NCBI GenBank assembly: GCA_030141605.1
Contig: JAQGDQ010000627.1
Coordinates: forward strand, 1-64,000
Direction of reading: 5' to 3'
DNA length: 64,000 bases
Source of the DNA: Tubiluchus corallicola
Taxonomy: Eukaryota > Animalia > Priapulida
Shown: positions 25,501 to 61,816 of the stretch, one piece after another
Layout of the letters: every line of letters starts with the position of its first letter
How positions within the stretch are numbered: the stretch's first letter is position 1
The notes under the pieces: generated by a model
Databases searched by the model: none
What the model was told of the DNA's origin: nothing
Seen by the model: the letters and a program-made list of their open reading frames with translations, nothing else
Program-made: the position numbers and the translations under genes

Positions 25501-28500
25501 AGCTGTGATGCTTCTCAATGGAGAAGGAATGTAGGGGCAGGCCCAATATTCCTTTTTTGCTTGTTGCGTTTGTGTTTTGTGCTTGGGCAATGTTTTGTTT
25601 TAGCCGCTTTAAGTATGAATGAGCGTGAATTTCTCTCTGCATCTGTAGTCAAGACGCGAACGTAACTCATAATGGATTACAATGTATAATTAACATTTGA
25701 GATGATCCTGCTGTTGCTTACTGTACTGGCTGAATGTTCAATGTACAATAATGTTATGTACTGAGAATGGTGGGGAAGCATGCAAAAATGAAAGTTTTTG
25801 GAAGACAATTTTTCTGTGGCCAAAAGTTTACCTGGACATAAAATTTGGATAGTGAATTTTAGAAGCTGAGGAGAATCAAGGTAAGGATAACTTTGTTTGT
25901 TCTTTTATATTGTTGTTTGTTATTATTTGCTTCATATTTTATTTGTGCAGATTGTTTTATTTAATTTTTTCTTTTTGTTGTGTTTTAGTTGTTAAAGATC
26001 TCAGCGGTTTTCCTTAGTGGCACCCGATATTCTGCTAGCTCTGTGTATTTCTTTTCTGAAAGTGCACTGTCTGTACGGCATTAAGTATTACACTGTACCG
26101 TACGAATTTTATACTCCTTCTTTCTAATCGGATGTATATTTATTTTTTCTTTTGTTGTTGATACCTTTTTCTTGAACTTTTACTGTTATTTTATTAGAAA
26201 ATTGTGTTAATAAAATGTAACTGTAATCATTAAGAGATTTATGTATTTTTTCTAACATTTATTGTAGCTGCATGGTGGCTTTGATGGACCAGTCATGACT
26301 AATTAATAATAAGATTAGTTTTTGGCTGTAAAAAATTCAATGATAGGCAAGATAATACAAGAAGGTTGGGATTTTGTATTTTTAGTCTAACACCTTCTTG
26401 ATGTAGCTGTCAAATGTACTGGGTTCTACTTTCTTTGCTTTAGTTTAAAGTTAATGATATTCTTCCAGGTTTTCAAATATAGTTTCTATATCAGCACATT
26501 GTTTTAGACATATGTAACAAAATAATACATGATATACATCATTTATGCATACTTGATTCGACTCAGAAAAAGCAGATCTCTAGGCAGTAAAAAATTTAGT
26601 TAGTTTTTAGTAGCTGTGCAGGGACAATGATAATGTCAAAAAGGTTTTTCATAACTCGAGTGGAGTATTGAACAATGAGGAAATTAATTGAAATACTGTA
26701 GGCATTTGGTAGTCTCTTATGTTTTGTGTTATTTTGATTACAGCAAGCTATGAAAGTTGGAGGTGTCGACAGGTTGACGGATACATCGAAATACACTGGT
26801 CAACATAAAGAGAGATTTGATGAAAGCGGTAAGGGCAAAGGCATAGAGGGCCGAGAATATGTGGCAGAAAATGCTGGATATGTCACTGGTTATAAGGAGA
26901 AAGATTCCTACGACACAAAGCATTGAATTCAACTTTGTTGCATATCCGAATCGTACAGCCACAGCTTCTGCTGTTAACAAGACGTAATCCAAAATCAACT
27001 AAAAATGCCTCGGATAATTAAGAACTTGGTTATTTACACTTTCTGGTTAGGAAAGTTTTTATAATCATTTCTGACGTCTTGCTTGTAACTTGTATTAAAG
27101 CACCTTTTTGCAAGAACTATTTTGTTTTTTGACCGAGTGTTTGGGCAAATATATTTTTTTCCTGTTAACTTTAAATCAAGTTTTCAGTTTATTAATATAT
27201 ACCATTTTTTAAGATTTTATTAGTGGTATTATTTTTTTATAAAATTTTAAATAAAATTGTATGAAATTATTATAATGATTGTCTTTGTTATGGTGTGTAA
27301 TGTGTAATATTTGTGATCAAAATTGCAAAAAATGATTGGGCTGTAGTTTTACTCTGTCTCAGATTTGAGTACAGGTGAAAATTTTCAAGAAGTTGGCCCT
27401 TGACTGGCTCAGACATTAGGAACTAGAACTTAGCCAACTCGCGCTCAAGACATATGAGTTCCTCAAGACTTTCTTGGAGACTCCGACATTAACATTGTTG
27501 TGTAAGGCAGTTTTATGATCTTATTGCACTGTCTAGTTATGTTTCTGGTGGGTTTTCTTATTCACTAAATTTGTTGGCATAGCTGTGTAAGCTGTCGCAC
27601 TCTACACAACAAATCAGTTACTACCAGTTTTTATGGATGGAACTTTGCTTTATTATCAACAGTGAATTTGGAAGACTGGATAAAAACCAGGTAAATAGCT
27701 ACAACTTTTTGCCAAATTTTTGCATATTTATTTTTGAACCATATTGTTACTTATGACAGTATTTTCAAAAATTTACTTTGCCTTATATATTTTCATTGTT
27801 TTATGAACTATTTATTTTGTTTTTAGCAGTTGATGATGTATCCAGCTTTTCCCTGGTCCTGAGTTCAACTTCCTTTGTGTGTCTCCATTTTATTAACGTT
27901 GTACATTGTATTTTACCTTATTGCCTGCTATTCATTCTTATTACAATAACATTTTATTATTGTTTCTTCACTTTATATGTAACAAATTTTTGCTCTGGTT
28001 TTCTTAATCTGTTTTATACGTTATGGTGTATAAACATACGTTAGTAGTTTTTGTTTTCTCTATTCAGTCGATTAAAATATTGTGATAAGCCAAACTGTAA
28101 ATTTGTTTATAAATGGTTCAACATTATATTTTTCTAAGATCAATATATTGAATAGGCTTATGTATTAATATGGAGTGGTGCAAATATTAAAGATCATTTT
28201 GTGCAACATTTAATTTACAGGCAAAAATCTGCCTCTGAATTTAATGTAGTAATTTTAGATACTAATAAGTATTTGGTGTGGCTACATTCACACTCTCACT
28301 CGTAATCTGTAATTATATCGTTGTGGTTTACAGCTAATACTCTCTATCTTTAACTTTAAAATTTTCAACCATTTTCATTCCTGGTTTTTGTTTTGCATTG
28401 ATTTAAACACGTGCTGGTTTTTTTATGTATTACAGTGTTAATGAATTGAAATGTAACTCCCACGTAATTCTCGTTTTATAATGATGAAAAAAGATGAAAT

Positions 28501-29977
28501 TAAAATAGTTCATCACACTTTCTACATTTAAAATAAATAGAAACCTAATCTAATTTAGATTACCAAATTGACATAGTATCTTTTTATACAGGTAGTTTTT
28601 TAATGTAATTTTTGTATGTCTAAGTAATATGCATGAGAGTAAACAGACAAAAGTGCTTGCAAAATAGTTGTTCAAAATAATGAACAGAAAGAAGGGTCAG
28701 CTTTAGTTCATTGAAAATAACAAGTAAAAAACATTTGGCATTGTATTAGTTAACATTCACACTCAGTGTATACAGTCTCTATTTTTGGCAAAGTACCTTT
28801 CTATACAGGTAGTTTTTAATGGAATTTTTGTATATCTAAATAATGTGCATTAGATTAAACAGATAAAAGTGTTCACAAAATTGTTATTAAAAATAATGAG
28901 GAGAAAGAAGGATCAGCTTTAATTCACCGAGAATAACAAAAAAAAGACATTTTGGCATTATATTAGTTAAATTCACACTCAATGTAGACAGTTCGTATTT
29001 TTTAAATAATTGTGATATTGCTTTTGCAGCAAGCTGTTAAAGTTGGTGCTGTTGACAGGCTGACAGACACGTCACAATACACAGGTTCTCATAAAGAACG
29101 ATTTGATGAAAATGGGAAAGGCAAAGGAATGTCGGGTCGAGAACATGTAGCAGACTATGCGGGATACGTTACTGGTTATAAGGAGAAGGATACCTACGAC
29201 ACTCAACATTAAATTAGTTTTTTCTCTTTTACAGTGGGCGTGCCATTTCTTATAAATTTTTGTTACTAATAATTCGTTTACAGCTTTTATATTTAGCATA
29301 AATTCAGTTAAGGCTGTTGTTTGAAGGAAATAGATTTGTGAAATCTGAGATACAACTTCATTTATCTTCATAATTAAATTTTGATAATTATGTCTGTAAA
29401 TACAGAACTAATTGTTATGTAAATATCCCCCTTTTTAACATTACGAGAGAAACTGTTAGCTAGGTCCTATATATGTAGTGAAAAAAGTTCTCTTGGCAAT
29501 TAAATCAAGTTTCTAAAAGTATGTGCAAGTTGATGTCAACATTACTGAAATGTAAACAACACCAACCAGAGCTGCTTCAGCTTTGTTAATTGTACCACTT
29601 TATTATGAATTATGAAATAAAACTGAATTGAAATAATTGCATGTGTTAGAGTACTTTCTGCATACTGAAAGATTAGGTAATATAATTAGATTAAAATATA
29701 ATGTATACAAGGTATCTTTACACATGCATAAGTTTACAAACGTGTCATTTATCCAATCCATAATAATGATATCTATGGACAATTATTGGACATGTGAAGA
29801 ATCTGCAGTGAGCTTATCATACGAATGGTGAATCCACGGCTAATTGATGATGCAGCATTCACTGACTGTTCAGTGTTAATCAATGTTTCCTTCCTCCTTT
29901 CACCTGCCTAAATCTGTGATCCCTCATTATGTGAAGGAATCAGGTATCTTTTTCTTTCACTCACACGCTCTACTCTA

Positions 29978-30041
<64 letters not shown>

Positions 30042-30393
30042 CTCTCTCTCTCTTTCTCTCCCTGCCTGTATTGTCTCCTTCTAACATTTGCATTTGCCGA
30101 ATTGCTAATAAAAATTTAATTGGATATTATAAAATAAAATTACTCTGAAACAGTATTAACTGATATTATTGATGTACCAATATAGCACATCATTATTTTT
30201 CCAGAAAACAGCTAAATCAGGCGCTGTGAACCGATTGACAGATACGTCAAAGTATACTGGTGCTCACAAAGAACGATTTGATGCTAGCGGCAAAGGTAAA
30301 GGAAAAGAAGGTCGCGAGTACATTGACGATAAATCTGGCTATGTGACAGGCTACAAAGAGAAGGACACGTATGAAAAGAAAACTAAAAAGTGA
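22589..30393 (+). CDS. TPPP: Tubulin polymerization-promoting protein (p25-alpha family, TPPP3-like), spliced, with three alternative last exons
   Basis: Exons 22589-22785 (MAAAGNG...FEAFAKFGD...[29 protein letters not shown]) and 24024-24204 ([18 protein letters not shown]...PGTAGAT, phase 0 end), then 26744-26926, 29030-29212 or 30205-30393, each with RLTDTSxYTGxHKERFD and GKGKGxxGR; 186-188 aa products. Confidence 0.92.
22908..23300 (+). repeat. Three diverged ~120-130-bp tandem units, each ending in a (GAT)n tract
   Basis: CTATGATAGTGCAAAATTAA-like unit starts at ~22910, 23029 and 23161. Confidence 0.75.
23595..23778. mobile_element. Tc1/mariner(pogo)-like MITE
   Basis: TA-flanked TIRs CAGCCAAACCT ... 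AGGTTTGACTA. Confidence 0.6.
24307..24978 (+). mobile_element. MITE family 1, copy C (TPPP intron)
   Basis: Colinear with 3024-3690 and has the same TIRs (TGTGTGCTTGCAAACCAG...TATGCAAAGCACATAT). Confidence 0.82.
26744..26926 (+). CDS. TPPP: TPPP alternative terminal exon A (partial p25-alpha domain)
   Basis: ttacag acceptor, phase 0; [60 protein letters not shown]; ATTAAA at 27094 and AATAAA at 27250. Not in the supplied ORF track. Confidence 0.85.
   Translation, partial: QAMKVGGVDRLTDTSKYTGQHKERFDESGKGKGIEGREYVAENAGYVTGYKEKDSYDTKH
28585..29003 (+). repeat. ~217-bp diverged tandem duplication immediately upstream of TPPP exon B
   Basis: 28585-28786 vs 28802-29003; both begin TATACAGGTAGTTTTT and end ...ATTCACACTCA.TGTA.ACAGT. 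Confidence 0.85.
29030..29212 (+). CDS. TPPP: TPPP alternative terminal exon B (partial p25-alpha domain)
   Basis: ttttgcag acceptor, phase 0; [60 protein letters not shown]; AATAAA at 29616. Confidence 0.85.
   Translation, partial: QAVKVGAVDRLTDTSQYTGSHKERFDENGKGKGMSGREHVADYAGYVTGYKEKDTYDTQH
29968..30062 (+). repeat. (CT)n microsatellite upstream of TPPP exon C
   Basis: Direct inspection. Confidence 0.95.
30205..30393 (+). CDS. TPPP: TPPP terminal exon C (most canonical copy)
   Basis: tttttccag acceptor, phase 0; [62 protein letters not shown]; T-rich 3'UTR-like sequence with AATAAA at 31668 and 31731. Confidence 0.9.
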   Translation, partial: KTAKSGAVNRLTDTSKYTGAHKERFDASGKGKGKEGREYIDDKSGYVTGYKEKDTYEKKTKK

Positions 30394-33300
30394 CCAACCA
30401 ACATTTTTGGCTAAGCTTTACAGGGACCAATATACTGTTGCTGTCAAGTGCCACTGAAGTTTTCTTGCAGTTTTGCACTTTGTAAAAATGTTAACAGTGA
30501 TCAGGTGGTGTTCTTCTTGGAGATACCCTACTCTGGCATTTAGGGTTCAATTTTGCACCTTTCATTGTTTGGACTACTGTTCTTAGATTGTTAATATTCC
30601 AAAACTACTGCAGCATAACAAACTATTACTGTCAACTTGAGGTCTTCATCTCAAGCTTTATTTAACTAATACTGAATACACCTCAAGGCTCGGGGGGGTT
30701 AAAAAGTGATGCTGATCTAGTCTTATAGCTAATGTTACTTGTGCGAGAAATTGTAGTTCTAGTATTGTAATCCAGCACCCTGCAGTTTAAAATTTAATGC
30801 AGTGGTAGTTTAATTAAAATTACTCTTAAACAAATTGTGCAGCAGAGTTGATAGCTGTGATGCTTTTGGAACTAATATTATTTAGATGCATTAATGTTTG
30901 TAGTAAAAGTTTCCGTCATAACATTTCTTTATAAAATAATGCTAACTATAAACAGACTGTTTTTTATTAACGTAGGTGGTATCTATTTTTTTATTTTAGA
31001 ATATTAGAAGCAGTGCTTAGTGGTGTTGACTTTTTCTCCTTGAGGAAACTTCAACTTGCTTTTGCCCTGTTTAATTTTCACAAAGCTTTGTTCTAGCCAG
31101 TGCACTACGTTTTTGAGTGTACATCAAACTCCTCATCACTGTATTATCATTGTCTGACTGATGACTTGTCCACACTATGCTCCACTCTAATGTGCTAGTA
31201 GACTAGTAGTTGACTGTAGCATGTATAGCTAATTCAAACTGCATTTTCTGATATTTTAGTGCATAATCTTCGACCGCTAGTCACTTAAGTTTATTGTATA
31301 TTGTTTTGTCTTCATGACTTACTACAGTTTGTAGCAATGTTAATACAATACAGTGAGTACATTACGGAACATGTTAGATACTAAAGCTTTCTTTAGGGCT
31401 GTTACAACTCGCAGTTGTTTGACGTGGTCATAAAGTAATGATGAGTAGTGTATTGTTAGTGGCAATTTCAATCACTTAATCAGAGATCTTTTATTTTGCG
31501 CTACGCTTTAGAATTAACTATCTTAATAGCGATGTATTGTGTGTGTGAGTTTTTGTTGTGCCAGTTATGGACAAAGTTGTATATTAAATATATAAAGTTT
31601 ATTTGTATGTCAACAAGTATGTATCTTAGTCTAGACAATAAGTTGAAAATATGATAAATTATACAGTAATAAAACAACTTTTATGTTATGCAAAAAAGTG
31701 ATTTGACATTCATGACACTGTCAGTTATAAAATAAATGTACAGTATTTTTACTCTTGCACATCACAAGCTCTGTAACAGACTTTTTGTAATTTAATAGTC
31801 AATTTATTTTATAGACAAAGGCATGATTATAATACATGAACAGGGAAACACATGACAAAACTGTAAACATGAACAGCTATACCACTTGACTACAATATAT
31901 AAATTATAGACATCTAGATGTCGAGATGCAAGAAATTATTAAAATGATATAATTAATAATCTTGTACACATGACAAACAAGCCAAGTTTGTGACCCTGTG
32001 TTTGATGGATGGCAATTTTTTCCTATGCCGATCACAACTGTCAGCACACCGCCATCATGCACACAGTACCTGACTGGCTGTTTAACATTTAGATCAAATA
32101 TCAGTAGTTACGCAAATGTGAATATGGTGATTGCCGAAAAATTGTTTGTTTGTATTTATCCTCTTTCTTCATGAAGCACCTAAAACAAGTTCATTGAACT
32201 AACAAATGCTCCTCGAAACAAAGGTCTAGAAAACGGCCCACAGCCACGAAATTGGCAATATTACACATTGCACAGTGCCTCTTGTTCACTATGGTTTGTT
32301 GACCCTATTCTAAAATGGGTACACCAGTTAGTAGGGTAAAAATAGCCCACTTTTCTATTTGAAGTTCATCTGTGAAATCCCCAAAATAGGGATGAAGTTA
32401 AAGAAACTGTGTTCACTGAAGTAAGAGTATAAAGGTATTTCTCTCAATGAAAAACAGTTTTGCAAAGTATAGCATCTTCCCCATAGTATTTTAAGATTTA
32501 CCTTCACAGTCACTATAAACAATCCACAACATTCTTTTTACATCAATAATAACTACAAAGATTTTTTGAACTTTTGTTTTGAAAAGACATAGAACAGTAC
32601 CTATAGATATTTCCGAGATGCTCGGTACAAAACGATAAGTTATAAGACGTTAAGTTTACAATGAGTAAAGAACAGCATAACACTTCATTTGTACACAGTT
32701 TATAATATACATACATTTGCAGAAACAGTTGTCCTTAAAATTGAGCCTTGCAGTATGTAAAAAATTTGTGATGCCTGCATTATAATATAGCATGTGTCAT
32801 TGTCATTGCATTTCTATTTTCGCAATCCAGTCTGAAACTGTAAGCATAATGTTCAAATCTATCCACTGTTTCAAAATTTTCTTTAGAGATGTCTCATTTG
32901 GCAAAAAGGCACAATTACAATAACCAGATGCAAATATAGAAACCAGTAAGGCATATCTCTATAAACTACTAAAGCTATTCGTGGGTGAACTAAATTTTTT
33001 CCAGTTGTTGGAACGGTTTGATAATTTTGCTTTCAGAGATACACCATGACACCAGGAATAAACACAACTTGAAAGTTCACTTAATAGAGTTTTCAAGAGA
33101 CAGCAAATTATTTAGAGTTAAGGTTACATGTATTTATAGCAACATGACATATCAATAATTATTAATCACAATACGTACGAGATTTTAAATCGCATGACAA
33201 GATGTACGAACTGTATGTACTGACCACTACTGTGTTAAGTTCTAAATGATTAGTACACTGTAAATGTTACAATATTTCAATTTACATAGCATTATCTAAT

Positions 33301-34387
33301 GTATAATGAACTTCATCATTTGCGAAATCTGCATTTTCATGAGTGGCATTTATAAAAACAATTTTTACGGATACATCATAAAGCAAAAGTTTTACAACAT
33401 ATAGGCAATAATTACTACATGCAATGAAAATTTCACAAAATTCTTATCGAGTTTTTATCAAAGCAAAAGAACTATATCAATGTTAATGTGACATTTAATC
33501 GTCTAATATCATGCATACCATACTGATTATTACAGTAACAAATTCATTTTAAGGTATGAAACAGTTTGATGTTCTTAACAAAAGTCCTTAGTCACACATT
33601 TTAATTTATTATTACAATTAAAATTCAAACTCGAGGGAAACTTCCATTTACATAAATGTTTTACCTTTTTAAAACAATCTAGTGCCAATTTAATATTTGA
33701 CTTAAATTTATAATATTGGATCTACCACGTTAATGAACTGCAACAATGCAGAAGCTGTAGCAAAGTACATGAAGGTACTTGGGTGCTACCCATGAAATGT
33801 TGACCTACTGACACAGTATGTAATATAAACTGTAACCTCACAAATGAAGCAATTGCATGTACAGAGTGTTTTTAGACCGACGTTCAGCAATCAATACCTT
33901 TTATTTACAAATGATTAATATAAACCTCTTAATGACTGCAGGCAACAGTTCACAATTTTTAAATACAAATTGGTGATGTTGATAATTTTACAGTGAACAG
34001 ATGTTTAAATAAAGAGACAAAGAGCCAACACTTGACAACTATATAATAAATACCTTAACAGATATGCTTATATCATTATTTATATACAAGTAGCTGAACA
34101 CCTATAAGCAAAAAGGAAATTTGTATTTGCCTCTCTTAATATAAAACAACAAAACATTTACGGATGAAGAAAAGAAAATATACAGACCCAGGTAATTGTC
34201 TGAAATAGATAATTATAGTAAAACAAGGTTGCACACATACAAAAATATCAATTGGACATAACAATGTTGAAACTTTGTGGAAAACTTATAAAAATATGTT
34301 TAGATGCAAACCGAGTAGTCCTAGCATTGTCATTGTACGGGATTGATATTACATTATGTGTTTGTTGCTAGTTGATTGTAACTGTGG

Positions 34388-60300
<25,913 letters not shown>

Positions 60301-61692
60301 CTGAAAAAAAACAGCAACAGTAACACTCGATTTCGTTATCAAAAAGACTGAAATATGACGATAATAAAATTTGAAAATTGCTATTCTCTTAATGGAAAAT
60401 CTTCTGCCCTGCACAGTGCATCCATTATCAATGCCGAGTGTAATTTCGAAAGACGCTTTGATAAAAAACAACATTTTTACACCATGAAACAAAAAGTCCT
60501 GTCAGTCTCCTTTGCTGTAATAATAATTATGGTTTTCTGGGAACATTTTCTATTTGCAGGTACGTCTAAATTACACTGTACGTTATCAACAAGATACACG
60601 TTGTTGCACATTGAAGCAATCTCTTGTTATATAATTAAAAAATTTAAAAGTATGTATTTTAGTTGAGCAAGTGAGTACTGTCCACTAGGATTTAACAGGT
60701 TGGATAGTACAAACACACAAGACATAAATATTTTTTACAAAACACTAGCCTAAAGAGGGTCATCAACTTACAATAATTTCTTATTCTATTACAAGTTAAA
60801 CTGGAAGCCTTGGAATGATTTATACAATGCGTGGCTCTAGATGACATATATAAATATATATGTATCACGGCAAAGTGTTTGCAATACTTGCAGCCTCAGT
60901 TACAAAAAAATGCTTTTGAAATAACACCTAATGTATCCCGCAGACAATGTTGTACAGGCATGAAAATAATTCCATTCATGAAAAGACTATAAATTTAAGG
61001 CGGTAACTATTCATTATTTGGAATGCTCTCATATAAAGACGCTTCCGTTTCACCTGCGTGGCAATCGCATATATACAGTAGTGAATCCAGAATGCATGCA
61101 TGCATGACAAAGATAAGACTACACGCCATTGTAAAGACATTTACAAAGCCTCTACAGCCAACAGACTTTCCACAGATTTACAATTAAGCAACGTTTGCAT
61201 TCCTTTCAACGCTGTCAAAAGCATAGACGGTTTTTACTTGCTTTAATGAATCTATAGAGAGAGGTTTGCGCAGCAGCAGTAGCTGTAGGAAGCCCGCATT
61301 ATGAAAAATGTCAGAGTTCGGCAGAACATCTCGGCTTTCTTAAGCTGTCAAGAACTGAGACGTTCGCTACATTCAAATGTCAACGTATACCCTGGTGATT
61401 TTAATGCAATACATCAATACTAACTTATAAAATTATGATAAACAGGTCTTCTTAAGTGGCCAGGCTTCATTGTACAACTGTACATTGTCTATTAAGATGT
61501 TTTATGGACCACTAAACTATCGTAAATGATAAAGTTTGTTATCCAAATTTGAGCTACTATTTTTACATACAGGTTTTTAAAATCTAGGACATGCACTATT
61601 TAATTACTATGTGTACGTGTTCACTTGGTCCTGGCTTATACTTCAAAAGATGCTGCCGCAAATATCACAAAAAATGGTGTGATTGTGCCAAA

Positions 61693-61816
61693 GATGGCCG
61701 GTAATAAAGTCACGGGAAAAAAGTCAAAATTAATTTTGGCTAGGGTTAGGGTCATTTCTTTTCCCCGTGCCTTTTTTCCTGTAACTTTTTTATCTGTGAC
61801 TGTATTACCTGGATTC
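61693..61816 (+). mobile_element. Repeat family 3, copy 3 (compact)
   Basis: GATGGCCGGTAATAAAGTCAC...GGCTAGGGTTAGGG...GTGACTGTATTACCTGGATTC. Confidence 0.6.

Noticed and set aside
26744-30393. Three separate full-length TPPP paralogous genes
   Set aside because: Only one copy of the two N-terminal coding exons was found, and none lie between the terminal exons
26744-30393. One protein with three tandem p25-alpha repeats
   Set aside because: Each exon ends in an in-frame stop at the homologous position, and I saw no convincing shared donor before the stops
32200-32420. Ancient SINE core in the CMIP 3'UTR region (CACAGTGCCTCT...AAATGGGTAC)
   Set aside because: Only two short motif matches from memory, with no tRNA head or tail
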